Of a stretch of DNA of 64,000 bases, positions 57,523 through 64,000 are shown piece after piece. The notes beneath the pieces are model-generated. The model did no database searches, was not told the DNA's origin, and saw nothing but the letters and a program-made list of their open reading frames with translations. The DNA comes from Candidatus Poseidoniales archaeon (GTDB taxonomy: Archaea; Thermoplasmatota; Poseidoniia; Poseidoniales; Poseidoniaceae). Numbering within the stretch: position 1 is the first letter of the stretch; each line of letters begins with the position of its first letter. The position numbers were made by a program, and so were the translations under genes. Location: assembly GCA_038110525.1 (NCBI GenBank), contig JAYNJV010000005.1:4892-68891 (forward strand). The letters are read 5' to 3'.

Positions 57523-58803
57523 ATGGAGGAATCGCTTGGTCTTCATCTTGGGCCCGAAGGCGAAGATTGGCGAGTGCCAGTTCAAGAATTGGAACAAAGG
57601 CAACACCAGTTTGCGCAACTTCTTGGCGAACATGGCCATGAAGGAGCTCTCATTCACCATCCAATTGATTTGTATTACTTCACAGGAGGAAGACAAGATT
57701 CGACATTCTTCATTCCTGCAAATGGCGCTCCAGGTTCAGAAGAATCTGGAGGCGATGGTCCGATTGCGTTTGTTCGTCGTTCACTTCGTCGAGCCATCTA
57801 CGAAGCAGGCGGTGACAACGCCCCACACCGAATCGAAGAATTTGGCCGATTATCCCAATTTTCAAATCGTCTAAAATCGATGGGCGTTTCAAGGAAACCA
57901 AGTTTGCAATTTGGCGAGATTCCCTCTCAATTTGGTATGCGCTTTGAGGCAGCATTGCATGGTCTAGAAGGTGATGTCCTAGATGCCACATCATTGGTTC
58001 ACAACATGAGGGAAGTCAAATCAGCATGGGAGTTGGAGCAAATGCATATCGGAGCACAAGTCCAACGAAGAATGTTTGATACCATCGAAGCCGTTGGAGG
58101 CGAAGGGATGTCAGAACTCGACCTCGTCGCAGCGGCGGAAGCCATTAGTCGAAGCGAAGGATTCGGTGGTAATGTGCAGATGCGAAGATACCCCCTGCAA
58201 TGCGACCGAGGTGTTATTGTCGCAGGTAGAGCAGGCGGCGTGCCATCGTTTTTCGATTCTGCAATTGGAGGTGAGGGGCCACACCCGTTGTCAGGAATGG
58301 GGGCGGGATTTAACAAAGTCAAGAGAGACGAACCCGTCCTTGTCGACCTTGTCCATGTACATCGAGGATATGTTGTTGATACCACTCGAATCTTCGTTTC
58401 AGGTCGTTTAAACAGTGTTTGGGAAGAGCGGCTTGATGATATGCTCACGGTCAAGAATACAGTGATTGATGTCCTTGACCAAGGCATGAATTGCAGTCAG
58501 GCTTGGCTGGAGGGGCTCGAGGTCGCTACAGAATTAGGTCATGCAGACCATCTCATGGGCATGGCTCCAGACCAAAGCAAATTCTTGGGTCACTCTGTAG
58601 GTTTGCAACTCGATGAAAGTCCTGTGATTGCTCAAGGTTTTGACCGCCCTCTTCCTATCAATGGGGTCATGGCTATCGAACCAAAGGTTGTGCACAATGA
58701 TGGTTCGATTGGAACCGAGGACACCTGGGTTCGAACTCAGGATGGCCTTGAACCCATCACGGCAGATGCTGACTTACCTTGGCTGATTTACTGGGATGCT
58801 TAA
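57523..58803 (+). CDS. M24-family Xaa-Pro peptidase (creatinase-N plus pita-bread domain)
   Basis: VDLVHVHRGYVVDTTR, GHSVGLQLDESP, MAIEPKV, GTEDTWV metal-ligand blocks. Confidence 0.75.
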   Translation: MEESLGLHLGPEGEDWRVPVQELEQRQHQFAQLLGEHGHEGALIHHPIDLYYFTGGRQDSTFFIPANGAPGSEESGGDGPIAFVRRSLRRAIYEAGGDNAPHRIEEFGRLSQFSNRLKSMGVSRKPSLQFGEIPSQFGMRFEAALHGLEGDVLDATSLVHNMREVKSAWELEQMHIGAQVQRRMFDTIEAVGGEGMSELDLVAAAEAISRSEGFGGNVQMRRYPLQCDRGVIVAGRAGGVPSFFDSAIGGEGPHPLSGMGAGFNKVKRDEPVLVDLVHVHRGYVVDTTRIFVSGRLNSVWEERLDDMLTVKNTVIDVLDQGMNCSQAWLEGLEVATELGHADHLMGMAPDQSKFLGHSVGLQLDESPVIAQGFDRPLPINGVMAIEPKVVHNDGSIGTEDTWVRTQDGLEPITADADLPWLIYWDA

Positions 58804-58854
58804 CATCAAAATCCATCACCACATGGTTGAAAGAGAAAACTCCGTAAGGCAACC

Positions 58855-59643
58855 ATGGGCGCAAAACCGTATGCACCAAGCCACATCGCAGCAGTCGCAT
58901 CATCCTTTACTTCGATGCGATTATCAGGTGAGGTCAAAGAAGAGTTGGTGACCTTATTGCTTGGGCAATTGGATGAGTATGTTCCAGTGCTTGAACAAGA
59001 AACCCTCGCACAGGACAGTGAACGCAAAACACTCGACGACCCATTCCGAACAAGACTCAATTATAATCGGACAAGGGAGCACATGATTGACCGAATTCAA
59101 TCGGTGGATTCTGTAGGCTCTGCAGCTGTGCAAGCAGGTATTGAACATCTTGAACAGTACCTTTCCAAGACGCTACGATTTGCCCAAGATGCGGCGGAAC
59201 GCGATAAGGTTTCAACGATAAAACCACGTCACCTCAAAGCCGCCCTCGTTCAAATGGACGAACAAAACGATGAGCAACAAGAAGAATCTGGAACATCGTT
59301 TGATACCGAATTTGTCGCTGGACAGGTTGGGGGAGTTGTGACGTCCACAACCATTCAATCCCTTGCAAGGTCAATGGCGAAAATGCCCGTCACCAAAGAA
59401 GCGGTCGAAGAATTGCTTGAGACGTACACATTGGTGCTCGAAGAATTGGAAAGTGATATTCGTCAGCATGCACAACTCGGGCGAAATCCTCAGATGTTCA
59501 TCGAATCCATACAGCGAATGAAAGGCTTGATGACGCTTGGTTGGATCCGTTCAATGGTCTCAAGGGCTGCAAAAAATGCTGCTGAACAGGGAAAAAGGGC
59601 CATTGACATTGATGATATTGTTCATCTCGACCCATTTGCGTAA
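58855..59643 (+). CDS. protein with three tandem histone-fold-like (archaeal histone / DUF1931-like) repeats
   Basis: Three segments fit an alpha1-L1-alpha2-L2-alpha3 pattern and end in SERKTLDD, RDKVSTIKPRHLKAAL and QGKRAIDIDDIVHL. These are comparable to the HMfB-type ending [13 protein letters not shown]. Confidence 0.5.
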   Translation: MGAKPYAPSHIAAVASSFTSMRLSGEVKEELVTLLLGQLDEYVPVLEQETLAQDSERKTLDDPFRTRLNYNRTREHMIDRIQSVDSVGSAAVQAGIEHLEQYLSKTLRFAQDAAERDKVSTIKPRHLKAALVQMDEQNDEQQEESGTSFDTEFVAGQVGGVVTSTTIQSLARSMAKMPVTKEAVEELLETYTLVLEELESDIRQHAQLGRNPQMFIESIQRMKGLMTLGWIRSMVSRAAKNAAEQGKRAIDIDDIVHLDPFA

Positions 59644-59700
59644 TCCATTTTCCAATACAATGAAATAATGCATACGAATAGTTGGGTGAGAGGTGCAGTG

Positions 59701-60231
59701 ATGAACTTCATCGGTCAATCTGCACCAGATTGGACATTGCAAGGTTTTGGTCCAAGTGGAAGTCAAGAATATTCTTCCAAAGCATTGTTTGGAAACTGGT
59801 ATGTCATTTATTGGTACCCAAGAGACTTTTCCACGGTCTGCCCAACTGAAGTGCTTGCACTTAATCACCTCCTCGAGGATTTTGAAGATTCACAAGTGAC
59901 TTTGTTTGGATGTTCACTTGACTCTATTGAAACACACGAACGATGGGTTTCTCAACGAGATATTTTCCCAGAAGGCATTCATCATGTGCTACTATCTGAT
60001 GAAGACGGCGAAGTAACAAAGTCGTTTGATCTTATTCACGAAGCATCTGGCTTACCTTGTCGTGGGTTGGTTATCGTGGATGAGTTCGGTAAAATTCAGC
60101 ATTATTCGCAAAGTTCTCTCATCGTAGGAAGGCAACCAAAATCGATTCTTCGAATGGTTGAGGCATTAAAATCAAAAGGACTTTGTTCTGCAACTTGGCA
60201 AAAAGGCGACAAACACATTGGTGAAGATTGA
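59701..60231 (+). CDS. peroxiredoxin (AhpC/Prx1-like)
   Basis: YPRDFSTVCPTE peroxidatic Cys motif. AGAGGTG at 59689-59695 precedes ATG 59701. Confidence 0.8.
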   Translation: MNFIGQSAPDWTLQGFGPSGSQEYSSKALFGNWYVIYWYPRDFSTVCPTEVLALNHLLEDFEDSQVTLFGCSLDSIETHERWVSQRDIFPEGIHHVLLSDEDGEVTKSFDLIHEASGLPCRGLVIVDEFGKIQHYSQSSLIVGRQPKSILRMVEALKSKGLCSATWQKGDKHIGED

Positions 60232-60566
60232 TGATACAAATTGAACAATTTGATGAAAGTTCGTTGAATACGTTGTCCAAGATAGAAGTCGCCGTACTCG
60301 TTTTTGGTCGTAGTAATTGCCAAAATTGCTCCAATTGGCATGCTGAATTACGTCAAGCTGCGGCGTCAGGAGACATCCCAACATGCAGAGTATTTTTGGT
60401 CAATCTTGATTCTGGTGCCGCAGAAGACCTTGCAGAAATGTATCGTTGGGTCAATAACATCGATGTTTTGCCTATGAATATCATCCTTGTTCAAGGCGAG
60501 GTCAAAAAAGAATGGGCCGGTGGTTCAATTCAACAATTATCACACAGACTTTCACGGTATTTGTGA
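60231..60566 (+). CDS. thioredoxin-fold protein (CxxC = CQNC)
   Basis: VLVFGRSNCQNCSNW and a later VLPMNIILVQG (cis-Pro loop region). Its ATG overlaps the prx TGA (TGATG). Confidence 0.55.
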   Translation: MIQIEQFDESSLNTLSKIEVAVLVFGRSNCQNCSNWHAELRQAAASGDIPTCRVFLVNLDSGAAEDLAEMYRWVNNIDVLPMNIILVQGEVKKEWAGGSIQQLSHRLSRYL

Positions 60567-60570
60567 TGAT

Positions 60571-61410
60571 ATGTCTGCTTTGACGGTGCTGCTTTCTGCT
60601 GTTTTTGCAGGTGTTGTTGCTATTTTAGTCACCATTGCGATTGAAAGGTGGGGTGGGGTCATTGGCGGAATTTTAGGTACAGTACCTTCAACCATCGTGC
60701 CAGCCTCGATTGGAATGTACATGATTTCAGCACGGGAAGAATTTCTCGAGAGTATGGCCATCATTCCATTTGGAATGATGTTGAACGCCATGTTCCTTGG
60801 CGTGTGGCTCATTTTGCCTGCGAAGGTCCCTCAATCGAGCCATCTCCTTGTGAAAACCACGATGTTGTCGATTCTTTTCTGGGCAATATGCGGCTCAGCA
60901 CTTTTCCTTGTATTGGAATCGCAAACATTTGCAAAAACTTCTCCTCAACAACTTGGTTATGTTGGGTTCGTGGGTGTCTTGTGTGTTGCCCTTTATTTCA
61001 ATATCAAACGTCTTCCAGCACCAGGGGGACATCGCAAAGTCACTCGTCTCACTTTATTCATTCGCGGTATTATGGCAGCGATAGCAATTGGAATTGCTGT
61101 AGTGCTGTCACACTTCCACGAACCGCTTCTCGCAGGTTTAGCAAGTGTATTCCCTGCTATTTTCTTGACCACGATGGTAGCGTTGTGGCACGCACAAGGA
61201 CCTTCTGTGCCGAAAGGGGCTGCTGGTCCGATGATGCTCGGAGGCATGAGTGTGGCCGTCTTTGCTTTGCTCGCCATGGTTTGTTTTCCACGATATGGAC
61301 CATGGTTTGGGGCCTTAATATCATGGTTTGGGGCCATTGTGTTGTGGTCAATGCCAGCATTTTTTGCACTTCAAAAATATCGACAACGAGAGCAAATTAA
61401 CCCCGTATAA
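60571..61410 (+). CDS. 8-TM membrane protein with internal two-fold repeat, unknown function
   Basis: 279 aa from ATG 60571. The two halves share the pattern (I/V)xxxxxxxGGxLGxVPxxI / LLAGLASVFPAIF. Confidence 0.5.
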   Translation: MSALTVLLSAVFAGVVAILVTIAIERWGGVIGGILGTVPSTIVPASIGMYMISAREEFLESMAIIPFGMMLNAMFLGVWLILPAKVPQSSHLLVKTTMLSILFWAICGSALFLVLESQTFAKTSPQQLGYVGFVGVLCVALYFNIKRLPAPGGHRKVTRLTLFIRGIMAAIAIGIAVVLSHFHEPLLAGLASVFPAIFLTTMVALWHAQGPSVPKGAAGPMMLGGMSVAVFALLAMVCFPRYGPWFGALISWFGAIVLWSMPAFFALQKYRQREQINPV

Positions 61411-61411
61411 T

Positions 61412-61729
61412 CTACTCGTTGCTTGATGTTTCATCGTTGATCAGTCTCGTCCAACGACCAGATTCTGGAACACCTTCAACCTCAATATGCACACTGGAAA
61501 TATGTTTGATGGTTGAGATTTTCTTTCTCAATTCGCTAAAGTCATAAAGACAGCATGGGCAGTGTGGCCTTGAAGGTTTGACGACCAACTCAACTTCACC
61601 TTCCATCGAAACCTGCATGCTCTTGACGACATCGATGGAAGTGAGCGGCTCAACATTGTGAGGGTCTTTCCATTGTTGCAAGGCTTTGAAGACTTGGCGT
61701 TGAGCCGCTTCATGATGTTTCTTTTTCAT
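61412..61729 (-). CDS. DUF59/MIP18-like (SufT-type Fe-S assembly) small protein
   Basis: VEPLTSIDVVKSMQV...VELVVKPSRPHCPCC pattern typical of the DUF59 fold. Its ATG overlaps the xseB stop (ATGA). Confidence 0.5.
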   Translation of the reverse strand: MKKKHHEAAQRQVFKALQQWKDPHNVEPLTSIDVVKSMQVSMEGEVELVVKPSRPHCPCCLYDFSELRKKISTIKHISSVHIEVEGVPESGRWTRLINDETSSNE

Positions 61730-61944
61730 TCCGAATCGCCTAACTGTTCTGCTTCTTCAAGTGACAATTCGTTCACTCGATCTTCGACTGAACTCAATTC
61801 CTGCTGACATTTCTTGAGCAGTGCAGCACCTTCTTCAAACAATTGAATGGTCTCTTCAAGCCCCTTTCCACCTTGTTCTAGTTGCTGAACAATGTTTTCT
61901 AAACGCTTCATTGCTTCACCAAAATTTAATGCTTCTTCACTCAT
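61726..61944 (-). CDS. xseB: exodeoxyribonuclease VII small subunit
   Basis: NFGEAMKRLENIVQQLEQGGKGLEETIQLFEEGAALLKKCQQEL matches the XseB helical hairpin consensus. It overlaps the xseA 3' end. Confidence 0.7.
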   Translation of the reverse strand: MSEEALNFGEAMKRLENIVQQLEQGGKGLEETIQLFEEGAALLKKCQQELSSVEDRVNELSLEEAEQLGDSE

Positions 61945-63190
61945 TTTCTTCACCTATTTCCTTTTCTTGTATTGTTGAATGTGCCTTTCCATCTGCGAGT
62001 CGCAGCAAAATCGTTTGCCCTTCCTCGATGTCGTGTATGGACTGCACGACAGCACCTTCGGATTCAATCATTGCGTAGCCACGTTCAAGTGTACGCTGAG
62101 GATGTGCCGCATTGAGGGTTGATTGCATTTGGATGAGTTGTTGTTTGAACTGATTGGTCGAAGATTTGACAGAGGCCGCAAGTCTTGATTTCAATCCGTC
62201 CAATTGACGATGCATTGCTACGACACCAGCTTTCGGAGCGCTCGCAAGTCGTTTGAAAAGAAAATTCAACTGAGTTCTGTTTCGCTCAAGGTATCTTGAC
62301 ATTGCGAGAGATGAACGCATTTCAAGTTCGTCAAGCCATTGTTCAAGGTTTAGTCTATCTGGAACGACAAGTTCAACGGCGTGAGAAGGAGTTGATGCTC
62401 GGACATCGGCAACGAGGTCAGAGACAAGGATATCCGATTCATGACCCACGGCAGATACAACGGGTATAGGACTTGCAAGAATTGCTCTTGCGACTTGTTC
62501 AAGATTGAATGCCCACAAATCCTCAACCGAGCCACCTCCTCGACCGACAATAACAACATCAACGGGAACAATTCCTAATTTTGCTGCTCCTTGTTTATCC
62601 GCCCACGCTCTCGAAACGGCGAGAGCACGCGCAATTTCTTGTGCTGCTTGTTGACCTTGGACAAGCACCTCGACAACGGAGATTCTGATGTTTGGATATC
62701 GAAGCATTGCAAGTCTGTTCATATCGGCAAGTGCCGCTGAATTTTTTCCCGTGATGATCATCACATGCTTTGGCAGAATTGGAAGTGGCTTTTTTGGACG
62801 GTCGAGAGCCCCTTCTTGTCTTAATTGAGCGAGCAATTCACGTTTTGCAAGCTCAAGTTCACCTATCGAGAGAACTGGCATGATCTTCTTGACAACCAAT
62901 TGAATTCGACCTTGTTTTGGCCATAAATCTAGATTTGCTATGACGATGACCTCACTACCTTCCTTGATGCTTGGGTCAATTGGAATTGAAGCATTCCAAA
63001 TGACACAGTTCATTTGTCCTTTTTCATCACGCAGTGCGAAGTAAATGTTGTTGTTGTGCTCTTTCCATTGAGAGATTTCGCCTTTGAGAGTCTGAAGTTG
63101 GAATTGGGGGTCTTGAACGATGGTTTGTTTGACGAATTGCACAAAATCTCCGATGGGAATCGGGCTACTTGTTGTGCTGTCCAAAGCCAT
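61937..63190 (-). CDS. xseA: exodeoxyribonuclease VII large subunit
   Basis: N-terminal OB fold (LKGEISQWKEHNNNIYFALRDEKGQMNCVIW), VIVGRGGGSVEDLWAFN, SAVGHESD. ATG at 63190; the track start at 63220 is TTG. Confidence 0.8.
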   Translation of the reverse strand: MALDSTTSSPIPIGDFVQFVKQTIVQDPQFQLQTLKGEISQWKEHNNNIYFALRDEKGQMNCVIWNASIPIDPSIKEGSEVIVIANLDLWPKQGRIQLVVKKIMPVLSIGELELAKRELLAQLRQEGALDRPKKPLPILPKHVMIITGKNSAALADMNRLAMLRYPNIRISVVEVLVQGQQAAQEIARALAVSRAWADKQGAAKLGIVPVDVVIVGRGGGSVEDLWAFNLEQVARAILASPIPVVSAVGHESDILVSDLVADVRASTPSHAVELVVPDRLNLEQWLDELEMRSSLAMSRYLERNRTQLNFLFKRLASAPKAGVVAMHRQLDGLKSRLAASVKSSTNQFKQQLIQMQSTLNAAHPQRTLERGYAMIESEGAVVQSIHDIEEGQTILLRLADGKAHSTIQEKEIGEENE

Positions 63191-63299
63191 ATTTGCATAG
63201 TGTCGTCGAGGGTTTTTCAATGCATGGTCGCCTTCGAATTAGATATTGAATCAAACGGTAGCGTCTGTATCGGCCCACTGAATCCCCTTTGTCTTGAGG

Positions 63300-63332
63300 A
63301 AAAAAATGCAAAGGGGTTTTGGATAACCCCTT
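63300..63332 (-). terminator. hairpin plus T7 tract downstream of the HExxH gene
   Basis: The minus strand reads AAGGGGTT-ATCCAA-AACCCCTT (8-bp stem), then GCA and TTTTTTT. It starts 26 nt after the stop at 63358. Confidence 0.5.
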
Positions 63333-63357
63333 GCGACTTATCCGAAACGGTTTGTTT

Positions 63358-63999
63358 CTAGAATGATTCGTTATTTAGAATCTGCAAAATTTTTCTTATG
63401 ATTTCAGGGCTCTCATAGTCATGTCTATTTGTATAAATATCCGCAATATTATCTGCTAAGATTTCCTCTGCATGAAACAAATAATCGGTGTTATAACCTA
63501 CATTTTCAAAAAACTCTTGACAATCATCAAAATCAATAATTCGAATTTCTTCTGGATACATGTGATAGTCTGTTGCATTCTCTCCATCGAGTAGAAATAA
63601 TCCAACTTCGATATATTCAAAGAAATTTCCTCCGAGGTAATTTTCTTGACTTGTATAGATAATAGGAGCAACTTTCTGCTTAACACCGTTATATGTTACT
63701 TCTAAGGCATGTTCAATTCTTGGTGCATCTGGATTACTAAACACATATTTTTGAAATTCAGAAGTGAATGAAGGAGATTCGCATGGAAAAAATCCTATTT
63801 GAGAATAGAGATTGTCTTTCCATTTACCATTATTCCGAGTGGCGACATGAACCAACTCATGGGCGATCAATCTTGCCAGATTTCTGTTATTTCGAATAAT
63901 TCTCTCATTCAAGAAAATAGCGCTTCCACGGGTGTAAGCAGCAAATCCTTCATCTAGACCGGTAGTCAAAACAAAATGCACATCCTTTGGTAATGGCAT
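63358..63999 (-). CDS. HExxH zinc-metallopeptidase-like protein, lower GC; may continue beyond the window edge
   Basis: LIAHELVHVA (HExxH) preceded by a hydrophobic helix. The ORF reaches the last full codon of the window, so the ATG at 63999 may be internal. Confidence 0.5.
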   Translation of the reverse strand: MPLPKDVHFVLTTGLDEGFAAYTRGSAIFLNERIIRNNRNLARLIAHELVHVATRNNGKWKDNLYSQIGFFPCESPSFTSEFQKYVFSNPDAPRIEHALEVTYNGVKQKVAPIIYTSQENYLGGNFFEYIEVGLFLLDGENATDYHMYPEEIRIIDFDDCQEFFENVGYNTDYLFHAEEILADNIADIYTNRHDYESPEIIRKILQILNNESF

Positions 64000-64000
64000 A

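Noticed and set aside
57415-57874. ORFs 57415..57696 (-) and 57458..57874 (+), considered as possible restriction-endonuclease partners of the methyltransferase.
   Set aside because: Both largely overlap the well-supported M24 peptidase frame or the MTase 3' end. They are short and lack any nuclease motif (no PD-(D/E)xK, HNH or GIY-YIG).
60648-61400. 250-aa plus-strand ORF in another frame over the 8-TM membrane-protein gene.
   Set aside because: It is Cys/Trp/Arg-rich with no hydrophobic periodicity. It overlaps entirely a frame that gives clean TM helices and follows the trx-like gene by 4 nt.
1-64000. Searched by eye for CRISPR arrays, rRNA genes, transposases/integrases, reverse transcriptases, and toxin-antitoxin or classic defence modules.
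   Set aside because: No regularly spaced direct repeats, no rRNA-like segments, and no DDE, tyrosine or serine recombinase or RT motifs were seen in any long ORF. The intergenic space is too small (longest gap about 167 nt) to hide such elements.

Overview
This 64-kb window is a very tightly packed chromosomal segment. By my own gene calls it is about 96% coding, with about 2.3 kb of intergenic DNA in total. I call 54 protein-coding genes and 2 tRNAs. I found no rRNA, no CRISPR array and no recognisable transposase or integrase. The core markers are archaeal: a RadA recombinase with an HhH N-domain, FtsZ, a Fap7/AK6-type adenylate kinase, a RaSEA-like radical-SAM gene, and an initiator tRNA-Met with A1:U72 and a GGG/CCC anticodon stem. 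Many bacterial-type genes are mixed in: an AddA-like helicase-nuclease, ExoVII xseAB, RlmH, MaeB-type malic enzyme, PabB-PabA plus PabC, and an MMPL exporter. Two very large type-I surface proteins are present (2,778 aa and about 1,098 aa). From this I infer, without being able to prove it, a planktonic marine euryarchaeote of the Marine Group II/III kind. Housekeeping content includes icd, pgk, maeB, ftsZ, radA, pABA synthesis, lipid head-group enzymes (psd, CDP-alcohol phosphatidyltransferase), redox genes (peroxiredoxin, thioredoxin-like, OsmC, GST/Grx-like), a CAX Ca2+/H+ exchanger and a PduO-type corrinoid adenosyltransferase. Four loci most deserve a second look. (1) A lower-GC 1,167-aa helical protein ends in an insert-bearing PIN nuclease domain. 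(2) A protein of about 14 TM segments ends in a canonical EF-hand pair, is coupled to a small TM protein, and is followed by a GTPase. (3) A 262-aa protein looks like three tandem histone folds. (4) A surface protein has a cytoplasmic tail made of two poly-Asp runs followed by an Arg/Pro-rich block. I found no compact multi-gene module that I can confidently call a new defence or mobile system. All functional calls come from motif recognition by eye and need profile or structure searches.
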